Below are positions 19,036 through 29,438 of a stretch of 60,541 nucleotides of DNA, one piece after another; the stretch's first letter is position 1; each line of letters begins with the position of its first letter. The notes beneath the pieces were generated by a model. It was not told where the DNA came from, searched no databases, and saw only the letters and a list, made by a program, of their open reading frames with translations. Source of the stretch: Salinivirgaceae bacterium (lineage in GTDB: Bacteria > Bacteroidota > Bacteroidia > Bacteroidales > SZUA-534); contig JAKSOL010000018.1 in assembly GCA_024405635.1 (NCBI GenBank), positions 1 to 60,541 on the forward strand. Reading direction: 5' to 3'. Made by a program: the position numbers and the translations under genes.

Positions 19036-19989
19036 ATGAGGTTAAAAAGCCTATTAGTAGTAACATTCAGTGTATTAGCACTAAACGTATTCGGACAAAC
19101 CGAGAATTTCTCGAGTCTGAATATGTTCAACTACATGTACTATAACCCTGGATATGCTGGTGATGGTAACGAAATTGAGGCAAAAGCATTAATTCGTAAT
19201 CAGTGGATGGGCTTTGAAGGAGCCCCTCAAACACAAACATTCAGTATAGATGCACCTTTTAAAATGTTTGGTAAACGCCATGGTGCAGGATTGACAATTA
19301 TAAACGATGAAATAGGCAACTTTAATAACCTAGGTTTAAATGTGTCGTATGCTTTTCGTACACCAATGGAGCAAGGTGAGTTGGGAATAGGTGTTGGTTT
19401 AAGCATTACAAACCAATCAATTTCAGGACAATGGATTTTCCCCGATGGAAGTTCTACAGATCCAGATGTGCCACAAAACACACAAGACAAACCTATGTTT
19501 TTTGATGGTAATGTGGGATTATATTTTAGTTCTGACAATGTATATATGAGTTGCTCAATGCGCAATATATTGCAATCCGAGATAAAATATGAAGGATCCA
19601 CAGCGGGAGCCTCAGCAACCGCAACGTATAATGCGCGACAACTGTTTTTTGGTGTAGGCTATAACTATCAGCTCAAAAATCCATTATTTTCAGTAAAACC
19701 AAACCTGTTTGTTGCATCAGATTTTTCTACTGCAAACTTCAGTATTTCTGGAATTTTGACGTATAATGAAAAATTTTGGGGTGGAGTTGCATATAAACCG
19801 ATAGATGCTATTACTTTTATGGGCGGTATTTTATTGCCTTCGGGTTTGAATGTGGCAGTGTCTTATGATTTAACAACTAGCAGTATAGCAAACTATTCTA
19901 CTGGTTCGTTTGAGTTTATGGTAGGATACTCGTTTAGCCTTGATAGCAATAAAGATAACCGTAAGTATAAAAGTGTACGCTATTTGTAA
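19036..19989 (+). CDS. porP: T9SS outer-membrane beta-barrel PorP/SprF family
   Basis: YYNPGYAG, RNQWMGFEGAP and GSFEFMVGY motifs; position before porK. Confidence 0.9.
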   Translation: MRLKSLLVVTFSVLALNVFGQTENFSSLNMFNYMYYNPGYAGDGNEIEAKALIRNQWMGFEGAPQTQTFSIDAPFKMFGKRHGAGLTIINDEIGNFNNLGLNVSYAFRTPMEQGELGIGVGLSITNQSISGQWIFPDGSSTDPDVPQNTQDKPMFFDGNVGLYFSSDNVYMSCSMRNILQSEIKYEGSTAGASATATYNARQLFFGVGYNYQLKNPLFSVKPNLFVASDFSTANFSISGILTYNEKFWGGVAYKPIDAITFMGGILLPSGLNVAVSYDLTTSSIANYSTGSFEFMVGYSFSLDSNKDNRKYKSVRYL

Positions 19990-20055
19990 AAATGATATTG
20001 GATATATTTAAATATTTTAGACTTTTAGTGTGTGAAAAATAAACAGAGAAAGACA

Positions 20056-21432
20056 ATGAAGAAATTATTTTGTTTAGGCAGTATTGCCCTTATGCTTGTT
20101 AGTTGCGGCGGAGGCGGCAATGGTGAGCTTATTGGCGTTCAAGGTCGAAACGCTAGTTATGATGCACCTCCTTATGGAATGGTTTTGGTGCCAAAGGGTA
20201 GCTATCGTATGGGTCCTAGCGATCAAGATGTTCCTTGGTCTATGACTTCTCAATCAAAAACAGTGTCAGTTCCTGCATTCTATATGGACGAAACTGAAAT
20301 TACAAACAACGAGTATCGCCAATTTGTATATTGGGTACGTGACTCTTTAGCTTATAGACTATTGGGCGAGCAAATCGATGCTTATTTGATTTCTGAAGAC
20401 CAATATGGAGAGGCTATTGATCCTCCATTTATTAATTGGGACGAGCCAATAGTATGGGATGGTGAAGAGGAGAAAACCATTCTTGAAGATTTGTACTACC
20501 CAGAGCACGAACGCATTAATCGTAGAAGAGAGTTTGACACTCGTAAGTTCGTTTACAATTATTTTTGGGTAGATTACAAACAAGCAGCTCAAAAATTCAC
20601 ATTTGAAAATGAAAATCGTCGCCATTATAACTATAAAACTGGTGTATATGATGGTGAAGTTTACAACTTGGAAGGCAAATTAGTCCCAATTAAAGACCGT
20701 TCATCGTTCATTATGTATGATCAAGTTCATGTTTATCCCGATACACTTTGCTGGGTAAGCGACTTCTCATACTCATACAATGAGCCAATGGCTAATATGT
20801 ATTTCTGGCATCCTTCATATGACAATTATCCAGTAGTGGGTGTTACTTGGAAACAAGCAACCGCATTCTGCGTGTGGAGAACCAACTTGATGAATAACTA
20901 CTTGATTAGAGAAGGTGGAAGTTTTGTTCAAGATTTTAGATTGCCACTTGAGGGTGAGTGGGAATATGCAGCACGTGGCGGAAATGATTTGGCCGTTTAT
21001 CCTTGGGGTGGACCTTACACTCGTAACGATAAAGGTTGTTTCTTGGCAAACTTTAAACCTTTGAGAGGTAATTATATAGGTGATGGTGGCTTATATACTG
21101 TAGCTGTTGCTATTTATGAACCAAACGATTTTGGTTTGTATGATATGTCAGGTAACGTTGCAGAATGGACAGCTAACGCATTTGATGAGAGCGAGTATAG
21201 CTATAGTCACGATTTGAGCCCTGATTATAAACGTAATGCTTTGCCTGATGATCTTCCAGTTATGAAACGTAAAGTGGTACGTGGTGGTTCGTGGAAAGAC
21301 ATAGCTTATTATATGCAAAATGGTACTAGAACCTATGAGTACCAAGATTCAGCAAAATCATACATTGGTTTCCGTTGCGTAAGATCTTATATGGGTCCTG
21401 ACGAAACCGGTGCAACTTCAAACGTATATTAA
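20056..21432 (+). CDS. gldK: T9SS/gliding lipoprotein PorK/GldK
   Basis: LVSC lipobox, FYMDETEITN, YPDTLCW, YPVVGVTW, RGGSWKD, IGFRCV. Confidence 0.93.
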   Translation: MKKLFCLGSIALMLVSCGGGGNGELIGVQGRNASYDAPPYGMVLVPKGSYRMGPSDQDVPWSMTSQSKTVSVPAFYMDETEITNNEYRQFVYWVRDSLAYRLLGEQIDAYLISEDQYGEAIDPPFINWDEPIVWDGEEEKTILEDLYYPEHERINRRREFDTRKFVYNYFWVDYKQAAQKFTFENENRRHYNYKTGVYDGEVYNLEGKLVPIKDRSSFIMYDQVHVYPDTLCWVSDFSYSYNEPMANMYFWHPSYDNYPVVGVTWKQATAFCVWRTNLMNNYLIREGGSFVQDFRLPLEGEWEYAARGGNDLAVYPWGGPYTRNDKGCFLANFKPLRGNYIGDGGLYTVAVAIYEPNDFGLYDMSGNVAEWTANAFDESEYSYSHDLSPDYKRNALPDDLPVMKRKVVRGGSWKDIAYYMQNGTRTYEYQDSAKSYIGFRCVRSYMGPDETGATSNVY

Positions 21433-21462
21433 TAAAAACGTAGAATAAATATTTGTAAAGCC

Positions 21463-22518
21463 ATGAGTATTGCAGAATTAACCCAGACCAAAGGTTACAA
21501 AAACCTCATGAAGTATGTGTATGGATGGGGTGCGGCAGTCGTGCTAGTTGGAGCATTGTTTAAAATCCAACACTATCCAGGTGCATCAATCATGTTGGTG
21601 GTTGGTTTGTTGACAGAGGCGCTTATTTTCTTCTTGTCAGCTTTTGAGCCTTTGGCAGAAGAATTGGACTGGACTCTTGTTTTCCCTGAGTTGGCAGGTT
21701 TAACCGATATTGGTGAGGAGGCTATGCCAAATTCGTCGGGACATGATAAGGTTAATAAGAGGAGAGAATTTACTTCGGTTGGTGAGGTTCAAAATTCTGG
21801 CAGCCAATCATTTGCAGGCTCAGGCTCTGTTGTTGTAGGTGGAGCCCCAGTTGCGGGACAACAAATTGTTGTTGCTGGTGGTAGTGGTTCAGCTCTAGCT
21901 AAGTTTGATGAAATGATTGAAAAAGCCGAGATTAATCCTGGAATGTTTGAAAAACTAGGTAAAGGTCTTGCTAACTTGAATAAAACAGTTGAGGCTTTGA
22001 GTGATACTTCTTCAGTTGGAGTTGCTGCACAAGAATTTGCAGCAAAAGTTAAAACAGCAACTGAATCGGTATCATCATTGAGTGATTCATACAACAAATC
22101 AACTGAAGCTATTAAAGAGTCGGTAAATGTGCTATCAAACGCATACGTTTCAACAGCAAATTCATTTAATGAGGCAAATAGCCAAGTTGCAGAGGCTTAC
22201 GCTCAATTCTCAAGTAAACTTGTTAGTGAGATGAATAGTGTTGGCAACCTTGGTTCTGAATATTCACAAAAGTTAGGTGGTTTGAATGGTAATCTAGCAG
22301 CATTGAATTCAGTGTACGAGATGCAAATACAGAATATGAAGAAACAACTAGAAGCTTCAGATGCTCATTTTAAAGGTCTTGATGCTATGGTTGAAAATAT
22401 TGGTAAATCTGTTGAGCAAACAAAACAATTGCACGAAAGTGTACAAAAACTAGAAAAGAATGTTGCATCGTTGAATGAAGTATATGGAAATATGCTTTCG
22501 TCGTTGAACATTAAATAA
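21463..22518 (+). CDS. gldL: T9SS motor subunit PorL/GldL
   Basis: YGWGAAVVLVGALFKI, GLLTEALIFFLSAFEP, C-terminal LNEVYGNML. Confidence 0.94.
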   Translation: MSIAELTQTKGYKNLMKYVYGWGAAVVLVGALFKIQHYPGASIMLVVGLLTEALIFFLSAFEPLAEELDWTLVFPELAGLTDIGEEAMPNSSGHDKVNKRREFTSVGEVQNSGSQSFAGSGSVVVGGAPVAGQQIVVAGGSGSALAKFDEMIEKAEINPGMFEKLGKGLANLNKTVEALSDTSSVGVAAQEFAAKVKTATESVSSLSDSYNKSTEAIKESVNVLSNAYVSTANSFNEANSQVAEAYAQFSSKLVSEMNSVGNLGSEYSQKLGGLNGNLAALNSVYEMQIQNMKKQLEASDAHFKGLDAMVENIGKSVEQTKQLHESVQKLEKNVASLNEVYGNMLSSLNIK

Positions 22519-22558
22519 GAAAGATTAAGAATTCTTACCTGATTAAGATAAAGGAACT

Positions 22559-24154
22559 ATGGGTCACGGAAAAGAAACGCCGAGGCAAAAAATGATTGGC
22601 CTGATGTACTTGTTTTTAACATGTATGTTGGCTCTTAACGTGTCGAAAGACGTTTTGGACTCGTTTGTACTTGTGAGTGAAGGTTTGGAAAAAACCGTAG
22701 CAAACTATCAAGCTAAAAATCAAAAAGTTTATGATGAGTTTGCCAAACAAATGACTATTAACGAGCGAAAAGTTGCGCCTTGGAAAGAGAAAGCTGATAA
22801 GGTAAAAGAAATGGCTGATGATTTGTCTCAGACCTTGAATGAAGATAAAATTGGCCTTTTGAAATGTGCTGAAGGAGAGGAAACTCCTTCAATTGTTGAC
22901 GGAGAAATTGTTCCAGCTAACATGACTTCAAAAGACAACATTGATAAAGGTGGTGAATATTTTATTCTTAACAAGCGAGGCGAAGCCATTAAAGAAAAGA
23001 TGGAAGCGTATAGGGAGTATTTGTTGTCAATTATTCCAGAAACAGAGGTTGCTCTATATGATGCTGTAAATTCAACTCTTAAAACTGAATCACATATCGA
23101 TGGTGAAGGGGTTGTTCATACATGGGAGCAAACCGTATTTGATCACATTCCAGTTGTGGCTGACCTTGTAATGCTTTCAAAATTGCAAACTGACGTAAAG
23201 AACGTAGAAACCGATGTTATCAACTATTTGCTATCTCAAGTTAGTGCTGACGATTTTAAATTTAATGCTTTGTCTGCAACTGTTATTCCTAACTCAAGTT
23301 ATGTGATGCGTGGTGGAGAGTACAAAGCAACAGTTTTCTTAGCAGCATTTGACTCAATGCAAGATCCTGAAATTTTAGTTGGTTCATACAAAAAAGTGGG
23401 TGTTGATAACTATGAGATGGTTGGCTCGTATGAAACTTTACCTGTAAGTAAAGGCAAAGGTGTATATACTAAAGCCGCAAGTTCACTTGGTGATAAAAAG
23501 TGGGGTGGTTTGATTCGTATTGTACGCCCAGATGGTTCATATTCAAGTTATCCATTCGAGGAATCATACCAAGTTGCTGAACCAAGTTTGGTTATTTCTC
23601 CAACCAAGATGAATGTGTTCTATTATGGTGTGGAGAATCCTGTAGCTATTTCAGTTCCTGGTATTCCATCTGATAAACTTAAAGTATCGGTTCAAGGTGC
23701 TACGTATAAAAAAGTGGCAAATGGTTACGAAATGAAACCTACTGCGCGTAGTGGAAATGCGACAGTTACAGTTTCGGCTGAAATTGATGGTAAGGTTAAA
23801 AATATGGGTAGTATGGTTTTCCGTATTAAAACAATACCTGAACCAAAGGCTAAAATTATGGGTAAGTCGAGCGGAACAATTGAGAAGAATGTTCTTTTAG
23901 CATCTCCTGGACTTATTGCAGCAATGGAAGATTTTGTATTTGACTTGAAATATAAGATTACTGATTACAACATATCTACTACAGTTAATGGTATGACTAA
24001 ATCGGCTAGTGTTAAAGGTAGTAAACTTAGCACTGAAGCTATTAATATCATTAAAAGTGCCAAGAGTGGAACCAAAGTTTATTTTGAGGATATTAAGGCT
24101 GAGGGTCCTGATGGCAAACGTGAATTGTCAACTATTGTATTAAAATTGAAATAA
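22559..24154 (+). CDS. gldM: T9SS motor subunit PorM/GldM
   Basis: TPRQKMIGLMYLFLTCMLALNVS; KMNVFYYGVENP. Confidence 0.94.
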   Translation: MGHGKETPRQKMIGLMYLFLTCMLALNVSKDVLDSFVLVSEGLEKTVANYQAKNQKVYDEFAKQMTINERKVAPWKEKADKVKEMADDLSQTLNEDKIGLLKCAEGEETPSIVDGEIVPANMTSKDNIDKGGEYFILNKRGEAIKEKMEAYREYLLSIIPETEVALYDAVNSTLKTESHIDGEGVVHTWEQTVFDHIPVVADLVMLSKLQTDVKNVETDVINYLLSQVSADDFKFNALSATVIPNSSYVMRGGEYKATVFLAAFDSMQDPEILVGSYKKVGVDNYEMVGSYETLPVSKGKGVYTKAASSLGDKKWGGLIRIVRPDGSYSSYPFEESYQVAEPSLVISPTKMNVFYYGVENPVAISVPGIPSDKLKVSVQGATYKKVANGYEMKPTARSGNATVTVSAEIDGKVKNMGSMVFRIKTIPEPKAKIMGKSSGTIEKNVLLASPGLIAAMEDFVFDLKYKITDYNISTTVNGMTKSASVKGSKLSTEAINIIKSAKSGTKVYFEDIKAEGPDGKRELSTIVLKLK

Positions 24155-24172
24155 TAAGGGAGAGGGACAGAT

Positions 24173-25030
24173 ATGAAAAAGTTATTATTTATTCCATTGC
24201 TTGTTGTTGCAGCATTGATGGGCAACACTAGCAGCGTTCAAGCTCAAGTGCTTGATGATGTATATGTTAAAGAGCATGTTCCAAGTCGCAAACCTGTTCC
24301 ATACAAATTTTTGCGTGAGTCTGATGCTATGTACAAGAAAAGAGTGTGGAGAGTTATCGATTTGCGTGAAAAAATAAATCATCCATTGTATTTTCCAACA
24401 ACACCTATTGGTGATCGTAGAAGTTTGATTGATCTTTTAATATGGGGTATAAATACTGAAGGATTGACAGCTTATAATACTGATGATGACCGTTTTTCTC
24501 AACCAATGAGTCGTACTCAAATTGAAACCAATATGGGTGGTGGTATGCAAACCATTACTATTCAAGATGAGGATGGAAATGATATGACAACAGAAGTTGA
24601 GTCAGAAATCTTGACATCTGAAGTTAAGCAATATTGGTTGAAGGAAGATTGGTTTTTTGATCGCCAACACTCAACAATGGATGTTCGCATTATTGGTTTG
24701 AGCCCTATTCGTTTCTATACTAAAGGTGATGGAGAAGGCGAGGGTTCTGAAGCTGCAGTTCGTAAATCGCAATGTTTTTGGATTTATTTCCCAGAGGTTC
24801 GTCGTATTTTGGCTAACCATGAGGTATTTAACGAAGGTAATGATGCTGAGCGTCGTACTTTTGACGATGTATTCTTTAAACGTATGTTTAGTAGCTTTAT
24901 CATTAAGGTGTCAAATGTTTATGATGATCGAGCTATTAGCCAATATTCACTTGGAGAGCAAAGTCTTTTGGAAGCAGATGCTTTGAAAAAGCAAATTACT
25001 GATTATGAACAAGATTTGTGGGAGTACTAA
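24173..25030 (+). CDS. gldN: T9SS protein PorN/GldN
   Basis: RVWRVIDLREKINHPLYFP, KEDWFFD, FWIYFPE, C-terminal EQDLWEY. Confidence 0.93.
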   Translation: MKKLLFIPLLVVAALMGNTSSVQAQVLDDVYVKEHVPSRKPVPYKFLRESDAMYKKRVWRVIDLREKINHPLYFPTTPIGDRRSLIDLLIWGINTEGLTAYNTDDDRFSQPMSRTQIETNMGGGMQTITIQDEDGNDMTTEVESEILTSEVKQYWLKEDWFFDRQHSTMDVRIIGLSPIRFYTKGDGEGEGSEAAVRKSQCFWIYFPEVRRILANHEVFNEGNDAERRTFDDVFFKRMFSSFIIKVSNVYDDRAISQYSLGEQSLLEADALKKQITDYEQDLWEY

Positions 25031-25055
25031 AAATCCGGTATAATCAATCGATATA

Positions 25056-25095
25056 AAAGAAGGGCGCTCATTTGGGCGCCCTTCTTTGTTTTTTT
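25056..25095. terminator. Bidirectional intrinsic terminator
   Basis: AAAGAAGGGCGCTCA-TT-TGGGCGCCCTTCTTT plus T run, between convergent genes. Confidence 0.88.
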
Positions 25096-25114
25096 AATCA
25101 ACAATTCTTTTTTT

Positions 25115-25741
25115 CTATAACCTTACTATTCCATTTTTAATAGCATAGCGTAATAAGTCAAGGGTAGAGTTTATCCCCAATTTTTTAAAAATGTTGTTTT
25201 TGTGTGTTTCAACAGTGCGGGGACTAATGTTTAGTAGTGTGCCCATTTCGCGGTAATTGTGACCTTCGGCACAGTACCTAATAATATCTAGTTCACGGTC
25301 GGTGAATGTATCGTCCTTTAGGTTTTGGGCAACTCTAATGTTGTGAATCATTTGAGCAACGTCAGTTCCGTAGTAGCGATTTCCTTGGTTTATAGTTATT
25401 ATGGCATTAATAATTTCTTCAACCGATGAGTTTTTGCTAATAAATCCGTCAAGACCAGCTTTTACTATGTCAATTAATGTTTGCTCATCAGTTTCGGCTG
25501 ATAGCATTAAAATTTTGGTTGATGCATTGTTTTGTCGCATTTTTATTGCCGCTTCAATTCCATTCATCTCAGGCATCATAATGTCAAGCATTACAACGTC
25601 GGGAGAAGTGTTGGCCGCCAATTCCACTGCTTCTTTTCCATTTTTTGCAGTTCCAATAATGTTGAATTGTTCCGACAGTGCAGTTTGAAGCCCGATTAAA
25701 AAAAGTGGATGGTCATCGGCTATAATTATTTTAATACTCAT
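25115..25741 (-). CDS. NarL/LuxR-family response regulator
   Basis: IADDHP, LDIMMP receiver domain; TDRELDII...ISPRTVETHK HTH. Confidence 0.93.
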   Translation of the reverse strand: MSIKIIIADDHPLFLIGLQTALSEQFNIIGTAKNGKEAVELAANTSPDVVMLDIMMPEMNGIEAAIKMRQNNASTKILMLSAETDEQTLIDIVKAGLDGFISKNSSVEEIINAIITINQGNRYYGTDVAQMIHNIRVAQNLKDDTFTDRELDIIRYCAEGHNYREMGTLLNISPRTVETHKNNIFKKLGINSTLDLLRYAIKNGIVRL

Positions 25742-25745
25742 CTTA

Positions 25746-27680
25746 TTATCCTTTTGTTATTCTGAACCCGAAGGTAGATCCATGGCCCTCAGCGCTAATC
25801 ATTTCAATTTCAGAATTGTTCATACGTAGCATTTCTGCACAAACTACAAGTCCAAGTCCTGTGCCGTGTTCTCCTGCTGTTCCTATTGTTGAACTTTGCA
25901 TATCGATTCGAAAAATATGCGGGAATCTGCTTGGTGCTATGCCTACGCCTTGATCAATTACCATTACGTTCCAAAAGTCAGTTTCGTCATTTACTTCTAT
26001 GTTTACGCAACTATTTGGATATGAAAACTTTATTGCGTTTGATACTAAATTGCGCAATACTGTTTCAATCATCATTCGGTCGGCAATGGCGTAGGCTTCA
26101 ATTTTTGGTATATTTATGGTAATATTTTTCTGTTGTGCTGACTGTTGAACTTGTTTGCAAATAGCGGTTATTGATTGTGTCAAATCAAATCGTATAGGTT
26201 TATATTCCATTCTTCCAGTTTCGATGCGAGCCCAGTCAAGTAGATCAAGTAGTAGATTGGCTTGAGTATTTGCACTTGCAAGTAGTTCTTCACATTGTTG
26301 CTTAATGGTATTTGAATCAAGTTGATTGTAGTAAGTAACAAGTTGCTTAAGCACATTTTGTTGTGCAATTGTTGGGTTTTTTAGGTCGTGAGAGATAATT
26401 GAGAAGAATTTGTCTTTTGTTGCATTCATTTGGGCAAGTTCTTGACTTCGTTGGCGTTGTGTTATGTATTGTTTATATGCTACTGCCAACATACAAATCA
26501 GCAAAACAACAAACAGAACAATAAAAATTTGTGTTTGTTTTTGTTGTTTGATAGTAAGTTGCTGTAATTCAATTTGATGATCTTTTTCGCGTGTTGTGTA
26601 TTTTACTTCAAACTCGTTAATTTGTTCAAGGGTATTAGCATTAAATATACTGTCTTTAATTTCGGAATATAGTTCAAAGTATGCAAGAGCCCGAGCTGGG
26701 TGTGTGGTTTTGTTTAGTTCGTAAAGTTGGTAATAAGCCTTTTGTTCTTGCACCATAATGCCCAGTTCTTGGCTAATTGTTAAAGCCTTAAGCAGATATC
26801 CTTCAGCCTTTTTAGGTTGGTTCAATTTTTGGTTTATAGTGCCAAGTTGTCGGTAGCAAATGGCAACAAGGGTTGGTCTGTTGTGTTGTTCAAATACTTG
26901 AAGTGCAGCTTGACTGCAACTGTCGGCCATTTCATATTCTTTAAGTTCAAAATATAAATCCGATAGTTGAGACAATCGAATAGCAACTTTTTCTTCGCGC
27001 CCAGCAGCGCGGTCAATATCAAGGGCTTCGTTAACGGCAGCAAAGGCATCTTCGTATTTACCTTGTTTAATACAAATATTGCCCCACATGCCAAGACGAA
27101 CCGCCAATTGTCGGTCGTGGTTATCAAACCGTCGTTCAAGGTTAATTGCCTTTAGAATGCATTCTTCAGCCATGTCAAGGCGTTCGGTTTGCAAATAAAT
27201 TGCCGATAAGTTACTAAGTGTAGAACTTTGGCGTTCTAAGTCGCCAAGTGCTTCTTCAATACTAAGCGATTGTTGAGCGTAGTCCAGTGCTTTGCTAAAA
27301 TTGCCTATGCGCTGGTAGCAAGCACAAATTGTAGATAAAAAATCTGTTTGTTTAATTGTGTCGTTAATAGAACGTGCTAATTCAACTCCGCGTTTTGATG
27401 CTTTTATGCAATCGTTAAAGCGCGAAGCATCAAAATAGTGGTTAGTTAGAGAATTTAAAAAGATAAGTTCAACCTCTTCTAATGGTTGTGAAGTAGTAAA
27501 GGTTGCATAATTGTCGGCTTCGCCCAGCTTGTTTAGTTCTGAAAATAAGCCATTTGCAGCCGCTAACTTGTGAGAAGGCAAGAGCGCAGTGTTGAATAGA
27601 TTATATAAGCTATCGATGGAGTTAGCATATAATCCAACCGACACAAGTATGCATAAAAAAAGTAAAAAGGGCTTTCGCAT
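25746..27680 (-). CDS. TPR-repeat sensor histidine kinase
   Basis: Signal peptide, TPR-like repeats, one TM, FFSIISHDLKNP, NLVSNAIKF, DQGVG, GTGLGL. Confidence 0.92.
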   Translation of the reverse strand: MRKPFLLFLCILVSVGLYANSIDSLYNLFNTALLPSHKLAAANGLFSELNKLGEADNYATFTTSQPLEEVELIFLNSLTNHYFDASRFNDCIKASKRGVELARSINDTIKQTDFLSTICACYQRIGNFSKALDYAQQSLSIEEALGDLERQSSTLSNLSAIYLQTERLDMAEECILKAINLERRFDNHDRQLAVRLGMWGNICIKQGKYEDAFAAVNEALDIDRAAGREEKVAIRLSQLSDLYFELKEYEMADSCSQAALQVFEQHNRPTLVAICYRQLGTINQKLNQPKKAEGYLLKALTISQELGIMVQEQKAYYQLYELNKTTHPARALAYFELYSEIKDSIFNANTLEQINEFEVKYTTREKDHQIELQQLTIKQQKQTQIFIVLFVVLLICMLAVAYKQYITQRQRSQELAQMNATKDKFFSIISHDLKNPTIAQQNVLKQLVTYYNQLDSNTIKQQCEELLASANTQANLLLDLLDWARIETGRMEYKPIRFDLTQSITAICKQVQQSAQQKNITINIPKIEAYAIADRMMIETVLRNLVSNAIKFSYPNSCVNIEVNDETDFWNVMVIDQGVGIAPSRFPHIFRIDMQSSTIGTAGEHGTGLGLVVCAEMLRMNNSEIEMISAEGHGSTFGFRITKG

Positions 27681-27698
27681 AACAGTTTATTGGTGTAG

Positions 27699-27706
27699 CA
27701 AAAGTA
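27699..27706 (-). promoter_or_regulatory. -7 promoter element of the kinase/regulator pair
   Basis: TACTTTTG(C) on the minus strand, about 20 nt before the ATG. Confidence 0.6.
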
Positions 27707-27980
27707 TGATAAATAATAGCCTTTTAAATAGAATAAGTATTATGATAGCAAATCTGTTGACGGACTGTGTGTTACAGACGATAAGATAACAAGATTCTTG
27801 TTTTCGATAGATGTTTTGTGTTGGATAAATGAGAATAGACAATTCTCGTTTAGTGTGAGCGATATAAAAGCATGAACATTGAAAAAGCAAAGCACGTTTG
27901 CTAAACATCTGTTGTTCTAAGTAAAATGCTTCAGATTTTGGGTTTTCAACAAAATGAACATTTAAGAGCGTTTTATCAAC

Positions 27981-28020
27981 AAAGTGGGTAAAAGTGGAGC
28001 AAAGTGTGTAAATGTGGGAG
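27981..28020 (+). promoter_or_regulatory. MraZ binding array: four GTG-core repeats at 10-bp spacing
   Basis: AAAGTGGGTA AAAGTGGAGC AAAGTGTGTA AATGTGGGAG directly upstream of the TACATTTG -7 element at 28030-28037. Confidence 0.85.
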
Positions 28021-28061
28021 ATTATGTACTACATTTGCCAAATGTGTATTAGTGACTGGAA

Positions 28062-28523
28062 ATGGCAAATTTTATAGGTGATTTCAAATGTAAGCTTGAT
28101 GCAAAAAACCGCATCTTGTTTCCTGCGGCCTTGAAGAAACGCTTGGCTGCTGGCGAGATTGGTTTTGTAGTCAAGAAAGACCTATTTGCTTCATGCTTAG
28201 TTCTTTATACCAGTCAAGAATGGGAGCGTCAAAATGCAATAATTAGAGCGCAACTCAATCCGTTTAACAAAGAGCACAATCGTTTTTTGCGTGGTTTTTA
28301 TCGCGGTACGGCCGAGGTGGAACTTGATGCAAGTGGGCGTTTGTTGATTCCAAAAGAGTTGCTTGTTGCCGCGGGTATTGATAAAGATGTGGTTATGCTT
28401 GCGCAAGATGCCAAAATTGAAATTTGGGCAGAGAGTGCATATAACGCATCGGAAGAAGATGCTGACGATTTTGCTGCGCTTGCCGAGAAAATTATGTGTG
28501 GTTCGAAAAATGTTGCAGAATAA
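28062..28523 (+). CDS. mraZ: Division/cell-wall cluster transcriptional repressor MraZ
   Basis: KLDAKNR and ELDASGRLLIP repeats, IEIW. Confidence 0.93.
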   Translation: MANFIGDFKCKLDAKNRILFPAALKKRLAAGEIGFVVKKDLFASCLVLYTSQEWERQNAIIRAQLNPFNKEHNRFLRGFYRGTAEVELDASGRLLIPKELLVAAGIDKDVVMLAQDAKIEIWAESAYNASEEDADDFAALAEKIMCGSKNVAE

Positions 28524-29425
28524 TGGAGCCATATCACACATCGGTACTGTTGCACGAGAGTGTTGACGGTTTGTCTATACGCCCAAACGGGGTTTATGTT
28601 GACGTTACTTTTGGAGGTGGCGGCCATTCGCGCGAAATACTTAAACGGTTAGGTCCTCAAGGTAGGCTTATAGCCTTTGATCAAGATAGTGATGCTTTGG
28701 CTAATGCTCCAGCCGATAATCGCTTGGTGTTAATACATGGCAACTTTCGCTTTTTGAAAAATTATTTGCGCTATGCAGGCTACCCTCAGGTTGATGGATT
28801 GCTAGCTGACCTTGGAGTGTCGGGGCATCATTTTGATAGTCAAGAGAGGGGGTTTTCTTTCAGGTTTGATAGCAAACTTGATATGAGAATGAATCAACAA
28901 GCCAAAACAACAGCAGCAACAATTGTTAACACATACACAGTAGATCAGCTTGCTAATTTGTTTCGCCTTTATGGCGAGGTTGATAATGCTGGTAGAATTG
29001 CAAAATTGATAGAAGCATATAGGTCTAAAAATCAAATTGTTACCGTTCAGCAATTAAAAGATGCTATAGCAGATGCAACACCTCAAAAAGCAGCGCCCAA
29101 GTATTTGGCAAAAGTATTTCAAGCATTGCGTATTGAGGTAAATAATGAGATGCTTGCGCTTAGAGAAATGATAGAACAAAGTGCGCAAGTGATTAAGCCA
29201 GGGGGAAAACTAGTGGTAATAACCTATCACTCGCTAGAAGATAGATTGGTAAAAAATTTTGTGAAAAATGGCCAGTTTGAAGGTCAGCCAGAAAAAGACA
29301 TATACGGAAATGTAAATACACCATTTCGGGCCGAAAACCGCAAGGTTATTGTGCCAAATGATGCGGAGTTAAACGAAAACAGTCGAAGTAGAAGCGCAAA
29401 ACTGCGCATTGCTGAAAAAGTGTGA
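28523..29425 (+). CDS. rsmH: 16S rRNA m4C1402 methyltransferase
   Basis: HTSVLL, DVTFGGGGHS, DLGVS, FQALRIEVN, YHSLEDR, RSAKLR; TAATG overlap with mraZ. Confidence 0.96.
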   Translation: MEPYHTSVLLHESVDGLSIRPNGVYVDVTFGGGGHSREILKRLGPQGRLIAFDQDSDALANAPADNRLVLIHGNFRFLKNYLRYAGYPQVDGLLADLGVSGHHFDSQERGFSFRFDSKLDMRMNQQAKTTAATIVNTYTVDQLANLFRLYGEVDNAGRIAKLIEAYRSKNQIVTVQQLKDAIADATPQKAAPKYLAKVFQALRIEVNNEMLALREMIEQSAQVIKPGGKLVVITYHSLEDRLVKNFVKNGQFEGQPEKDIYGNVNTPFRAENRKVIVPNDAELNENSRSRSAKLRIAEKV

Positions 29426-29438
29426 AGGAGAAAAAGAC

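Noticed and set aside
27687-27908. 73-aa ORF and DnaA-box-like words upstream of mraZ
   Set aside because: The ORF is featureless; TTATCAACA/TTTTCAACA matches nearby are imperfect and too few to call an origin
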